DNA from: a virus
Lineage: Duplodnaviria > Caudoviricetes
Length of the DNA: 62,749 bases
Reading direction: 5' to 3' (one strand)
IMG/VR virus record: IMGVR_UViG_3300042520_000420
Span: 1 to 62,749 of that record
Shown: piece by piece, positions 10,001 through 18,084 of the stretch
How the letters are laid out: every line of letters starts with the position of its first letter
How positions within the stretch are numbered: the first letter of the stretch is position 1
Notes under the pieces: generated by a model
What the model was told of the DNA's origin: nothing
Databases searched by the model: none
What the model saw: only the letters and a program-made list of their open reading frames with translations
Program-made: the position numbers and the translations under genes

Positions 10001-13000
10001 AAAATGGCGACCCACTTGTTGTTTACCATGCAACGGGCAAAAACTTCAACACATTTGATCCAAAAAAACTTGGTCAAAACACTAAAGATGCAACCGCAAA
10101 ATTAGGATTTTTCTTTGCCGGAAACGTAGATGCGGCAGACGAGTTTATGCGTCAGATGACCTACAAAGGTGTGGGCGAATACCAAGCTGGCGCTAATGTA
10201 ATTCCAGCTTACCTTTCCATAAAAAATCCTTTTGAAATTTCATCTGCGAATTTTGGAATGCAAATGACGGCGTTACAAAGAATGCCGCAAACAAAAGCCA
10301 AACAATTCATTGCTGATTTTTTGGTAGACGTTAAAAATGAAGGGTTTGATGGAATAGTAATTAGATCCACAAGAGGTACAGGCACAAGTTTATTTAAAGC
10401 AAAAGAGTTTGGTGCTGACAATTGGGTTGCGTTTGAACCAACTCAGATTAAATCTGCAATTGGTAACGTTGGATCATATGGTCAACGAGCGCCTACAGCG
10501 TCAGAAGCAAAGCAACTTGGTCTTACGCAGAAGAAAGCCGCCGAGCTTCAGGAAAAGGGTGATGTTCGCTTTAGCTTGCGTAAGGCTCCAGATACGCCAG
10601 CGTTTAAACGATTCTTTGCAGGTAGCAAGGTTGTCAACGAGGACGGATCGCCCAAGGTTATGTACCACGGCACAAACAAAGACTTCAATGAGTTTTTGAT
10701 TGCGGAGAAGGCAAATAGAACCGGAATGCCTGATGGCTTCTATTTCACATCAGATGCTGAAGATGCCAGCCGGTATGCAAAAGGCGATGGCGCTAATGTT
10801 ATGCCTGTCTACCTAAGCATCAAGAGTCCATATAACCTTGGTGGAAAGAACAAAATCTCCAAAGAGATGGTCATGCAATTTAGAGATGAGTTGCGTCAAG
10901 ACAACCCCAATCTACCGTTTAGCTGGATACAGGAAAAGGTCAACATCTTTAAGGAAAACACTGCCGCAGGCAGATTCCCATTCCCCAGCATCAGCTTCCC
11001 CACGGCGGCGATGCAAAGAGTTTTTGAGGCGGGTGGGTATGATGGCTTGATTGATGGCAGCAGAGTCTTTGTTGCGTTTAACCCAAGTCAAATTAAATCT
11101 GCTACCGGCAACATTGGAACCTTTGACAAAGAAAGTTCAGATGTTCGTTTCAGCCTGCGTTACAGCCTTGACCCAAGCATTGAAGAGCGTGTAAACGCTA
11201 CAACCACTTCCCGGGAAGAGAAGGGCCACATTGATAGGATGATTGAGGCAATCTCTCCATCCACCTATTCCCGCTTCCGTGCGCAAGCTTTAAACAGGTA
11301 TGACAGGCTCTCTGAGTACGACAAGATGCTTGCCAAGCAAATGGGTGGAGTTGAACTCCTTGCTGATGCGAGTGCGGAAGCTGCCGCCCTGATGTCTGAT
11401 CTTGGTGCTGGCATCACCGCCTCTGTCTTGGGTGTACATGACCGCAACGGTGGCATCCCTGTGTTCCGCAAGGGCGTTACAACGGTGGACGGATCCATCA
11501 AAGGTCCAATCTCCATCTTTGTGCCGCTGGCAAAGCTCAACAACCCCAAGGCCTATCGAGATTACCAATTTTGGTCTGGCGTTAAGCGGGGTCGCCCATT
11601 CATTGGCGCAGGCGGCAAAGAGTTGTTGTTCCAAGAAGGCGACATCAAGCAGGCCGAACTCTTAGAAAAAGAATACAAGGACATGGGTGTCTCCTTTGAT
11701 CAAATCCAAAAGGAATGGATTCAATTCAACAATGGATTGGTTAAATACCTTGTAGATACTGGAGTCTTGTCTGAGAAGCAGGCTGATCTTTTTACTAGGT
11801 ACAGCGACTACGTCCCCTTCTATCGTCAGATGGATGGTGAGAAGACTGTTGGCCCCAACATCTTCCAATCAATCTCGGGCGTTAAACAGCCCAAGAAATA
11901 CAAGGGTGAGACCGAGGCTCCATTGGCTGACTTCCTTGAAACAATTGTGCGCAACACTCAGTCTGCCATTCAGATGGGGGTCAAGAACACTGCCGCTCAA
12001 CGTGCAGTCGGCGTGGCGACCCAAATCCAGATGGCTGAGAAGCTGAAGTACAAGCCTAAGTCAATGATTAATGTTGTTACGGTTTTGGAAAAAGGCCAAG
12101 AGGCCTATTACGAATGCTATGACCATTTGTTTATTGAGTCAGTCAAGAGTTTAAACATCCCAGATCTGCCGTTTATTGGTCTGCTTTCTGCCCCGGCAAA
12201 CCTGCTGCGTAACTTGGTTACCAAAGATCCCGGATTCATGATGGCAAACATGTTGCGTGACTCCTTGTCTGCTTGGGTAACCAGCGGAGCAAAGATGACA
12301 CCTATTGCATCCACTATCGCTAACTTTGGCAAGTCCCTTGCTGGGACTTCTCCAGAGTTCAAGGCGCTTTTAAACGCAGGTATCTTGGGTGGTTACGAGT
12401 TCTCCCAGAACACAGAGCAAAGCGGCAAAACCTTGGCCCAAGCACTGCGTTTAAAGGCGGGGACAGGAAATCTGGGCGACAAAGCCAGCAGCCTGTGGGA
12501 TTTGCTGGAGAAAGGCACAACAGCCTCCGATGCAGCAACAAGGATTGAAGTCTACAAAAGCACCCTTGCCGAGACTGGAAATGAGGCAGAAGCCCTGTTC
12601 CGTTCTCTGGAGGTAATGAACTTCAACAGGAAGGGCAGTTCTGCCGTTATCCGTGTAATGACTGCCGCCATCCCATTCTTGAATGCTCGTATGCAGGGCT
12701 TGGATGTTCTGTACCGTGCTGGCATCAGACCCCTCACGGACAAGCTCTTTTTTGGCAAAGAGCCAACCGAAAGAGAAAAAGAAATCCAACGCATCTTCTT
12801 TGTTCGTGGCATGACCATCACCGCCTTGTCAGCCATGTATTGGTTACTCACACACGATGATGAAGAGTACAAGAAACAAGAGCAGGAAACAAGGGACAAC
12901 AATTGGCTCTTCCCATCTCTTGGCATCAAGATTCCTATTCCATTTGAGGTTGGCGTGATCTTCAAGGTTATCCCTGAGAGGATCATGGCGGCAACGCTAG

Positions 13001-13713
13001 GTGAAGATACGTCCAAGGATTTCACTGAATCAATGATGCGCAATCTGCGCTCTACGTTGGCAATTGATTACTTGCCTCAAACGCTTAAACCAATTGTTGA
13101 AGTATCGTCAAACTTCTCCTTCTTCACCCGCAGACCAATCGTTGGTCAGGGCTTAGATGGGGTGTCCGATCAATTCCAAGTTGGCCCGACTACCAGCATC
13201 ATTGCGGAAAAGATTGGCAAGCAAATTGGCATGTCACCAATGAAAGTTGATCACCTGATCAGTGGATATACAGGCTCGCTGGGAATGTATATGGTAGATG
13301 CGCTTGATGCCATCATGGATATGAACAATGATTCGCCCAAAGCCGCCAAACGCTTTGAGCAAATGCCAGTACTGAAACGTTTCCTTTTGGATCCAGAGGC
13401 CAGAGGAACTGTGTCGGCGTACTACGAAATGAAGAACTCAGTTGATGAGACTGTGCGCACATCCAATCTATTGGAGAGAACAGGCAACTACGAAGAGTGG
13501 GGGCCTTACATGCAGGACAACATCAAGATGCTTTCAACCAAAGATTACATCGCTGATCTTGAGAAGTCCATGAAAGAGTTTAGGGAGATCCAAGTTCTGA
13601 TTAGAAGCTCAAAAATGAATGCAGTCGAAAAGCGGGAGGCCCTTCTAAACATTACCAAGGCTCAAAACGCCCTGACAGCCAACATCCAACTTCTCAAGAA
13701 GAACGTACAGTGA
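4042..13713 (+). CDS. Large polyvalent virion protein: zincin metallopeptidase, ART-like domains, GP88-like domain, 3x ART-PolyVal-like domains, C-terminal LPD38-like domain
   Basis: 3223 aa; RHESIH...EEAIADAF; CPQSGICEDLC...IRLNVTSD...FYDYTK; three YH(A/G)T...G(I/F)(Y/F)...V(M/I)PxYxSIK(N/S)P...G(Y/F)DG repeats; IPFLNARMQG...IPIPFEVG...PIV C-terminus. Confidence 0.8.
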   Translation: MTIEVELVDGRILEFPDGTSPAVIQSTAKKATQDKYFGVSTAELKAAPSAPMSFGDTARAGIAGLTGALGSAVSAFGADTAPAQGLRSLTESIQSGMTPERLEEQRRRDELMQRSEKEGLGAQILAGAGAVAEAPIQSIAQGLGSSIPAIAAGLATVVAGAPVAIAGAVGLAARAIFGAVQGAGEAKSDIYSSVKAKLMESGKNEAQAEAEAAKAQEYVSKNLPGIIGSSLAGAVDAATGVESIVGKGAFKSAVKPLEKPSLLRETFKQAGSEALPEGLQAGVGQVTQNVALQNAGFDTSTFEGVAGSVTRDALMGALTGGAVTPLQMSSLRRDYELDKQRKVEEENRVLEEKIAKEEQARQEQIIKTQEDLGLNREFPALPAPAEQIEEPPVAVDPLKNPLGNIQKNEIPEISQTIDEYRKNANLPPLKDYSVEDLVDAMPGTDPRGEEGLLNEWLTAKTGWTKADKMTAQQVLDQAKLKKIETKTKGFEDFLARVTGYRDLTTMSQPQLFAAFKALSALPESETTQILPEGTNASRFSEDQYRKALDGVDQLLDGLVSKDGKPIPLDRGQVIKEIQQYTGLTKTEHAESILDEAIRLGDLDSVKTPRYRMVDPATGQLKGVAYDNRKAADAAAKQRGYDVKQITAEGITPPSTAATLPEGFDIRKGSFKEGEAPEGYSVMAGDEALYQAKTSEEAATKKASFEKTRAGMANAIDNQIAQKLNSVEQSQSRLNKMEAMGEGQTDNYAKARGKHAQLEESVAKDVEGLLEKKAKYESPISIKAFGKKAVGRTGYTVFEGGEATATYPTRTAAEEAILTARSDDELKQLTKDQGRRGLGKRAEAEIQRRAAPPPTEGKKVSEVLEGIEEEKRKPKPIPPEVKANIERLEKELRPLMEKLGLGKVTLNVVQDIENNAEGAFSKTLMRIALDSEKPVRTMRHESIHALKELGFFTPAQWNTLQRMAKDKWIQTYLKDKNAIHKGKSMTRFDAYMDIYGGNMDTIMEEAIADAFADFDVNKAPPGLITALLNKIRAFFEALRNAMAGAGFQTADEVFGMVERGELVENPSAWKATPEDEEEAARYSVNNGIDPYISGGQLNVPMESDGTKYSIKQAYTPEQIAKSAQATNRKGETKKVKILKNDPITGLPLNQNGTVTLYYPTDNAGARELARTKRLKGHSPTANRIYLTNESSAPAVATNPGMIEQPLGGANVLLEIDPSLLHELEDRKDGRRDFFIPIAEGAVFAKKMKKTKLFTLNALRTKGLHPDRTLNQVTKMVNDAAAKWAASNAKDRSVMAKQAKDTLLADHNITNLFGANSKLEKTNIGEYGLTYKDKNVMSTGLGFASAQKINDEQRATTCPQSGICEDLCLGETSGQNRLYGGEGQWRSGPRLSQYLKTEALVVNPEAFAIAMIKQITSFRKAAQDLGYYPAIRLNVTSDFNPKTFENIINMFPDVMFYDYTKLDTKPIAPNHHLTYSSTGASQVVDDDIVYNKFSNWDRMVDKVLPSGRNVAMAFTSRSAMPKFVMDQRTGKSFEVWNGDEYDARFLDPVRKDGDGWIIGLTNKDNTTKPEDAAKKHNGFFLDYDPERDGDTLVIQNQEKLKTGAPQPITFTKKTEKFSLRDLPPEPGTQPIPKGMVRLYHQTDSESLANISKEGLSIKYAKGVEGPKAIYAGETPFYGPADTRPTVEFFAPKNQWDAPFVLADVSPNQIIAAHYPWHKQARYLEAEPDSMKVALDGGFDNLTDPDTATAVKYIKDKYKNQKPEKYSLRSAPESEEFKQWFGDSKIVDSKGKPVLLYHATNFSEEDKIDQENVFSVFKESDDGKLGAGIYASSLPKYAESYGPTGTVMPLYASIKNPLVINMDADGIETDADGYQSVTTKVGIRANTALEGVAKKILAKNPDFKTESKRYLRGSEVQELLEMGGYDGVVLEDNEGNFVEVNAFKPEQLKSSIGNIGTYDASNPDIRFSLKEAPNTPEFKQFIKDSKVVDENGDPLVVYHATGKNFNTFDPKKLGQNTKDATAKLGFFFAGNVDAADEFMRQMTYKGVGEYQAGANVIPAYLSIKNPFEISSANFGMQMTALQRMPQTKAKQFIADFLVDVKNEGFDGIVIRSTRGTGTSLFKAKEFGADNWVAFEPTQIKSAIGNVGSYGQRAPTASEAKQLGLTQKKAAELQEKGDVRFSLRKAPDTPAFKRFFAGSKVVNEDGSPKVMYHGTNKDFNEFLIAEKANRTGMPDGFYFTSDAEDASRYAKGDGANVMPVYLSIKSPYNLGGKNKISKEMVMQFRDELRQDNPNLPFSWIQEKVNIFKENTAAGRFPFPSISFPTAAMQRVFEAGGYDGLIDGSRVFVAFNPSQIKSATGNIGTFDKESSDVRFSLRYSLDPSIEERVNATTTSREEKGHIDRMIEAISPSTYSRFRAQALNRYDRLSEYDKMLAKQMGGVELLADASAEAAALMSDLGAGITASVLGVHDRNGGIPVFRKGVTTVDGSIKGPISIFVPLAKLNNPKAYRDYQFWSGVKRGRPFIGAGGKELLFQEGDIKQAELLEKEYKDMGVSFDQIQKEWIQFNNGLVKYLVDTGVLSEKQADLFTRYSDYVPFYRQMDGEKTVGPNIFQSISGVKQPKKYKGETEAPLADFLETIVRNTQSAIQMGVKNTAAQRAVGVATQIQMAEKLKYKPKSMINVVTVLEKGQEAYYECYDHLFIESVKSLNIPDLPFIGLLSAPANLLRNLVTKDPGFMMANMLRDSLSAWVTSGAKMTPIASTIANFGKSLAGTSPEFKALLNAGILGGYEFSQNTEQSGKTLAQALRLKAGTGNLGDKASSLWDLLEKGTTASDAATRIEVYKSTLAETGNEAEALFRSLEVMNFNRKGSSAVIRVMTAAIPFLNARMQGLDVLYRAGIRPLTDKLFFGKEPTEREKEIQRIFFVRGMTITALSAMYWLLTHDDEEYKKQEQETRDNNWLFPSLGIKIPIPFEVGVIFKVIPERIMAATLGEDTSKDFTESMMRNLRSTLAIDYLPQTLKPIVEVSSNFSFFTRRPIVGQGLDGVSDQFQVGPTTSIIAEKIGKQIGMSPMKVDHLISGYTGSLGMYMVDALDAIMDMNNDSPKAAKRFEQMPVLKRFLLDPEARGTVSAYYEMKNSVDETVRTSNLLERTGNYEEWGPYMQDNIKMLSTKDYIADLEKSMKEFREIQVLIRSSKMNAVEKREALLNITKAQNALTANIQLLKKNVQ

Positions 13714-13987
13714 TGTGATTGTTTTCAAAAAGCCAGCCTACCGTTCCCCGGTGGGCTGCTTCCCACATGTTTAAACGTTCTTCCCGGGACATATCCCGGC
13801 CTTGATCCAGTTCTGCGTGGCAGGTAAAACATAACGCCGCAATACGATAGTCATGGGCTTTCAGCCCACGGCCTTTGCCGTCCCGCATCTGATTTGAATG
13901 CGCAGCCACCACCGTGCCATCAGAAATATTGCAATGCTGACAGGGAGATAGCCGCACAACCTCAAGTAACTTCTGATTCCTGTACAT
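13694..13987 (-). CDS. DUF1364/DUF968-like Zn-binding HNH-type protein
   Basis: CQHC...VVAAHSN...GKGRGLKAHD...LCFTCH. Confidence 0.65.
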   Translation of the reverse strand: MYRNQKLLEVVRLSPCQHCNISDGTVVAAHSNQMRDGKGRGLKAHDYRIAALCFTCHAELDQGRDMSREERLNMWEAAHRGTVGWLFENNHITVRSS

Positions 13988-14000
13988 TTGTTATTTTAGT

Positions 14001-14168
14001 TCAGTTATGTTTTTCATTTAGCTTCTCCTTTGCATCTCTGCTTTGTTGTAAAAATTTGCGCAACCACTTAGAGCCGCCAATCCTTTTCCATTCCTCATAC
14101 TCGCTTTGGGTTACCCTAACTGCAACTGTTTTTCCTGATTTGGTCAGTTCACTTTTGGGTCTTGGCAT
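14001..14168 (-). CDS. Small ribbon-helix-helix-like protein (not in the ORF track)
   Basis: MPRPKSELTKSGKTVAVRVTQSEYEEWKRIGGSKWLR; AAGGA RBS. Confidence 0.55.
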   Translation of the reverse strand: MPRPKSELTKSGKTVAVRVTQSEYEEWKRIGGSKWLRKFLQQSRDAKEKLNEKHN

Positions 14169-14385
14169 GGCTATCCTTTAGCTCTTGAATCTCTGAAGCA
14201 ACCTCATCGGCGTGAAACAATGTGTCATCTAGTCGTTTAAATCTATCCTCTAAACCCTGAAGAGCTGCAACGTAAGCGGCTTGCCAAACCTCCCATGACC
14301 AACCACCGTCATCTTCAAAAGCCTTTTGACCTATGAAATGGCAGAAATCTTCTTTTATCTTTGTCATGGTTATTTTGCCTCGCAT
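14149..14385 (-). CDS. Hypothetical protein
   Basis: In-operon ORF overlapping its neighbours. Confidence 0.5.
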   Translation of the reverse strand: MRGKITMTKIKEDFCHFIGQKAFEDDGGWSWEVWQAAYVAALQGLEDRFKRLDDTLFHADEVASEIQELKDSHAKTQK

Positions 14386-14555
14386 TTTGTGTAAACAAAA
14401 ACTTGTTTCTTTTCGTCCAACTTATCTCTTGCTCGTTGGCTTGCAAGTTGACCGGCTCGCACACCGCTGGCTACTTGCTTCATTTTTTTGTCAACTGTAA
14501 ACAAACTTGGCCCTTGCCAATCAAATGCTGTCCCTATAGATCTCCGCACAATCAT
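14370..14555 (-). CDS. Hypothetical protein
   Basis: Tightly packed minus-strand ORF. Confidence 0.45.
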   Translation of the reverse strand: MIVRRSIGTAFDWQGPSLFTVDKKMKQVASGVRAGQLASQRARDKLDEKKQVFVYTKCEAK

Positions 14556-14712
14556 GCTTGTCCCCTTCTCTTTTTGTTAAAAATACAAGCTTGCATTTTG
14601 TGCAAGCCCAAGCTGAACCAACCACAACAATGGTCTTTTTATTTGCGTGTGTGCCAATCAGCTTTCCAAAGAATGTTCTTATGCGTTCAAGCATTATTCT
14701 TTCCCCCTCCAA
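14521..14712 (-). CDS. Hypothetical C2H2-like Zn-finger protein
   Basis: CTKC...F...HDC motif. Confidence 0.45.
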   Translation of the reverse strand: MEGERIMLERIRTFFGKLIGTHANKKTIVVVGSAWACTKCKLVFLTKREGDKHDCAEIYRDSI

Positions 14713-14841
14713 ATTCTTATTGCCCTCTTAATTGCGTACCACAAACTTCTACGCATAAGCTTCTTCTTTAACTCCTCGTTCTCCAGCAGTATTTCGCTGT
14801 TGTGCTTGGACATAAGACTCCATGCTTTTTCAATTGCTTCT

Positions 14842-15042
14842 TTATCCATTTTGTTTCCTCCATCTTCTACACAAATCTTTTGCTGCTTTGCTCTTTGGCT
14901 TCCTGTTGCACATTTCGCTTATGGATTTCTCCTTTGCTTGCACCTGTAACTGCCAAGGTGTAATGGGTTTTGGCGGGTCGGGAAATAAACCATTGAAACC
15001 CACTACACCAAGCACTGCGCTGAGAATGAGTTTGTCAATCAT
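14842..15042 (-). CDS. Hypothetical membrane/secreted protein
   Basis: Hydrophobic N-terminus; two Cys. Confidence 0.5.
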   Translation of the reverse strand: MIDKLILSAVLGVVGFNGLFPDPPKPITPWQLQVQAKEKSISEMCNRKPKSKAAKDLCRRWRKQNG

Positions 15043-15157
15043 TTGTAGACAGGCACAACTTCACCACCAAAGTTTTTTTGCACATCCGTAGCCTCCCCCT
15101 CAACCCAAAAAAACTTGGGTTCATGTTTTTCTTTAACCCAAACATATCCGTATGGTT

Positions 15158-15793
15158 TCATGTGTTCTTCTCCTTGATGTCGTAAAACCAGTCATCTCCT
15201 GCGCTCCACTTGCGTGTGCCGTCTACGGTATAAAAATCTTTAGCGGCCTGAAAGTCGGGAAACTTTGTCTCGGCAGGAATTAAGGATTGGTCGTACCAAA
15301 GGCATCTGTTGTTTGGCTGACAAGCAAACTGTCCGTTGTCCAACATGATCCAGTTAAAGGATTTGTGTTCTTCAGCCTGTTCTGTGAACCCAGTATCCAG
15401 CGTCAGCTCATCTGCACAAAAATCTACAGTGAAAAGATAGCGACCAAAATGCCACTCTTTGTCCTTACCAAGAAACTTTACACCAAGATTTCGTAAGCCA
15501 ATCTTTTCGATGATGGTGAATCTGTAACCCATGCAGTCCCACAACTGCAACGTGTCAATAGACAAAGTGCCGCTGTAATCTTCTTGCCAAACATACGCAT
15601 GGATGGGCAGCTTGTCATACAAAGCGCCATACGCTGGCAGCAATGACTCAATGCGAAACACCTGACCACGCAGCGCCTTAAGGCTCACCCAAATGGCTGG
15701 CTCCAACTCGCCGTGACCTTTGGTGTGGTTGTACAAAAACTCACGTTTTACAAAACATTTAATGGGTGGTAACGATGCCACGATGTAGCTCAT
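15158..15793 (-). CDS. Hypothetical phage protein
   Basis: 211 aa with a good RBS; stop/start overlap with both neighbours. Confidence 0.7.
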   Translation of the reverse strand: MSYIVASLPPIKCFVKREFLYNHTKGHGELEPAIWVSLKALRGQVFRIESLLPAYGALYDKLPIHAYVWQEDYSGTLSIDTLQLWDCMGYRFTIIEKIGLRNLGVKFLGKDKEWHFGRYLFTVDFCADELTLDTGFTEQAEEHKSFNWIMLDNGQFACQPNNRCLWYDQSLIPAETKFPDFQAAKDFYTVDGTRKWSAGDDWFYDIKEKNT

Positions 15794-16188
15794 GTGTTCT
15801 TCTCCTTGAGTTTGGCTTCAGTCCAACGCACTGCGTATTCACGATCTCCAGTCGAACATTCTCCAGTTACAGGGTCAACATAGCTTTCCCAACAAGCCTC
15901 GTGAAACTCCTCTGGGGTCAGCCCTACCCATGTGCGCTGTGGTGGGTGGGTGCTGCCATTGGGCCATTGAGCAAAATAAACGGGGCGACCAATTAGGTCT
16001 TCTTTGCCCTCAACCATATGTACAAATTCTTTGACATTTATTTGTTTTAGCTCTTGGCTTTCCATCTTTTCAATGGTCTTCAACAGTTTGCCAATGACTC
16101 TGTAACAGTCGGCATGAAGATTGTTTGCCTCATCGTAGTTGCGAGTGCCGACCCGACACCGCTCCATAATCTGTTCTGCTTTTGTCAT
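15790..16188 (-). CDS. Hypothetical phage protein
   Basis: PPQRTWVGLT...AKLKEKNT C-terminus typical of small phage accessory genes. Confidence 0.6.
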   Translation of the reverse strand: MTKAEQIMERCRVGTRNYDEANNLHADCYRVIGKLLKTIEKMESQELKQINVKEFVHMVEGKEDLIGRPVYFAQWPNGSTHPPQRTWVGLTPEEFHEACWESYVDPVTGECSTGDREYAVRWTEAKLKEKNT

Positions 16189-16475
16189 GCTTGTCCCCTT
16201 TCAGGAGTCCCTTGGCCTCTTGCTCTGATGGCGTTTGCCAAATGGGTTGACGCACCAAAATCTTTCATGATGTGTCCTTTGACTGTTGGGTGTTCTGTGT
16301 CAACACCTGCTTCACACACCCTCGCACAGGCTTCACGTTCTTTGGCGGCAATCAACTTAGCAAAGATTTCCAAAAATCTTTTTGGTACTGGGTTAGCTGT
16401 TTCCTCGGGTGATGGAAGTTCTTTCAGCCATTCTTTGCTGGCTTTGTTTGTTATCCCAATAATGTCTTGTGTCAT
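16185..16475 (-). CDS. Hypothetical phage protein
   Basis: AAKEREACARVCE...ANAIRARG motif. Confidence 0.65.
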   Translation of the reverse strand: MTQDIIGITNKASKEWLKELPSPEETANPVPKRFLEIFAKLIAAKEREACARVCEAGVDTEHPTVKGHIMKDFGASTHLANAIRARGQGTPERGQA

Positions 16476-16687
16476 TACTCCTCCTCTGCGTGTTCAAACA
16501 AGCGTTGCTTCAACCTTTCGATACGGCGACTGTTGTATTCGATAGTGGCATCTGCGTACTCAGCGGCAGTCTCAGCTTCCAACTTGCGCAAGTATGCCTC
16601 TTGCAGTTCTGCGTACACAACTTCGTAGATAGTCTTTGGTCTAAGAATATCCTTGATGTATTTGATTGTGGTTTGCCTGAATGTCAT
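16475..16687 (-). CDS. Hypothetical coiled-coil protein
   Basis: ATG at 16687 with GGAG RBS. Confidence 0.55.
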   Translation of the reverse strand: MTFRQTTIKYIKDILRPKTIYEVVYAELQEAYLRKLEAETAAEYADATIEYNSRRIERLKQRLFEHAEEE

Positions 16688-16815
16688 AGCTTCTCCTCGT
16701 ATGCCCCAAGCGCCGCATTCCACCCCGCCGCCGCAAACTGTTTGGCTATAGGCTCAAGCCAGCGTGTACCAAACTTCCATTCAAAACGATTGCTCCACCA
16801 ATGTTCAAATGTCAT
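16684..16815 (-). CDS. Small hypothetical protein (MTFEHWW...)
   Basis: Fills the gap exactly, with ATGA overlaps at both ends. Confidence 0.5.
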   Translation of the reverse strand: MTFEHWWSNRFEWKFGTRWLEPIAKQFAAAGWNAALGAYEEKL

Positions 16816-17084
16816 AGCTTCTCCTTCAAATAAAACTCCATTGCAATACGGTATGGGTTAAGCATTGGAAGCAAGCGATTGGGTTGGTGTTTTGAGTCAT
16901 CGGAGTAGTAATAGTATTTTGGCTTGCTCTCATCTACGCTGGTAACAACTGTCCCATCAACAACGTGGTGATACCTCGTTTTATCCTCACGAATTGTGTA
17001 GCCCTCTGCCTTTGCCACAGCCAACTTCAATTCAATGCTTCCAATAGGAACATAGTTCTTGATGGTGTCGTCTTTTTCAATCAT
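16812..17084 (-). CDS. Hypothetical protein
   Basis: In-operon ORF with GGAGG RBS. Confidence 0.55.
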   Translation of the reverse strand: MIEKDDTIKNYVPIGSIELKLAVAKAEGYTIREDKTRYHHVVDGTVVTSVDESKPKYYYYSDDSKHQPNRLLPMLNPYRIAMEFYLKEKL

Positions 17085-17257
17085 GCCTCCCTCGCTTTCA
17101 GCATTGCGTCTGCTATTTCGTAAGCCGTCTTTGCAAGCTGTTCGTAGGATGAACCCACGCTTGTTCTTAACATAGCCTTTGCCGCAAAGTAGTCACGCAA
17201 GGTCATGCCGTCTTGATTAAGCAGTCCATCTGGAAACGCTTGTTGTTCATCATTCAT
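17081..17257 (-). CDS. Small phage protein of the GMTLRDYFAAKA family (not in the ORF track)
   Basis: AFP...GMTLRDYFAAKAM...AYEIADAMLKARE. Confidence 0.75.
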   Translation of the reverse strand: MNDEQQAFPDGLLNQDGMTLRDYFAAKAMLRTSVGSSYEQLAKTAYEIADAMLKAREA

Positions 17258-17541
17258 TTCTTCAGCCTCCTGATATAGATTGCAAACGAACTGATGGTGT
17301 CGGGCCCAAAACCTGCCAGCTTCTCAATGTGTTGGGCCACTTCTTCGATGGCATCGTTGCGAATGCCGCCATTCATAATTCTTGTTACATCAGATTGGGT
17401 TTGCTTTTGCATTCCGTCAATGAACCCATTCTCATACCCACGCTGGTACTCCGTAAGGGTATGCACAGCCGCCATCACCGACTCCTTGCGCTGCTTGGCT
17501 TGTCGTTCAATCTCGTTGAATGCTTCATCTTCTTCAGTCAT
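17254..17541 (-). CDS. Hypothetical protein
   Basis: MTEEDEAFNEIER; overlapping stop/start. Confidence 0.55.
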   Translation of the reverse strand: MTEEDEAFNEIERQAKQRKESVMAAVHTLTEYQRGYENGFIDGMQKQTQSDVTRIMNGGIRNDAIEEVAQHIEKLAGFGPDTISSFAIYIRRLKK

Positions 17542-17753
17542 ACCTTCTCCCTTGTAATCTTTGGCTTCCTGCGTAAGACGTACAGCCAATACTTGAATGA
17601 CTTATGCCCCGCTCTCCATGCGCCGATGTTTAAACGTATGGCATACAGGAACACGCCCCACCGATACGCTCGTGCAAGTTCTTTCTGCATTGAAGCCCAA
17701 TCAGCGTAGTTGCCGTTTTTGTATGTGATTCGGTATTTGTACTCAGTCATCAT
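17538..17753 (-). CDS. Hypothetical protein
   Basis: GGAGG RBS; in operon. Confidence 0.5.
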   Translation of the reverse strand: MMTEYKYRITYKNGNYADWASMQKELARAYRWGVFLYAIRLNIGAWRAGHKSFKYWLYVLRRKPKITREKV

Positions 17754-17883
17754 CGCCTCCGTTCTGTGTAGTGAAAATCATCCAGCCAATCATGGCGCAC
17801 ACAAAGACAAACAGAATAGCGCCCAGTGCCAGCATTGCTGTCATTACAAGAATCCCTGCAAGCATTTCAAACATGTCAATCTC

Positions 17884-18084
17884 CTAATCAAAGTTGAGTC
17901 GTTGTGCGGTAATCCAAAAGCCCTTTGCGTTTAAACTCATTTTCTTTTGAAGCATCTCCTCTGATGTAAGACATCTTCTGTCCACCTGAAAGTCTCCTCT
18001 TCGGTGTTTGTCAAAAGCATAGGTGCTGTTGAAATACTGTTTACACGTTTGACATTGGTTGCGGTCTCCTCTAAGAACTATCAT
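17884..18084 (-). CDS. FDxHR-type Zn-binding protein
   Basis: CQTC...FDKHR...RRC. Confidence 0.65.
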   Translation of the reverse strand: MIVLRGDRNQCQTCKQYFNSTYAFDKHRRGDFQVDRRCLTSEEMLQKKMSLNAKGFWITAQRLNFD

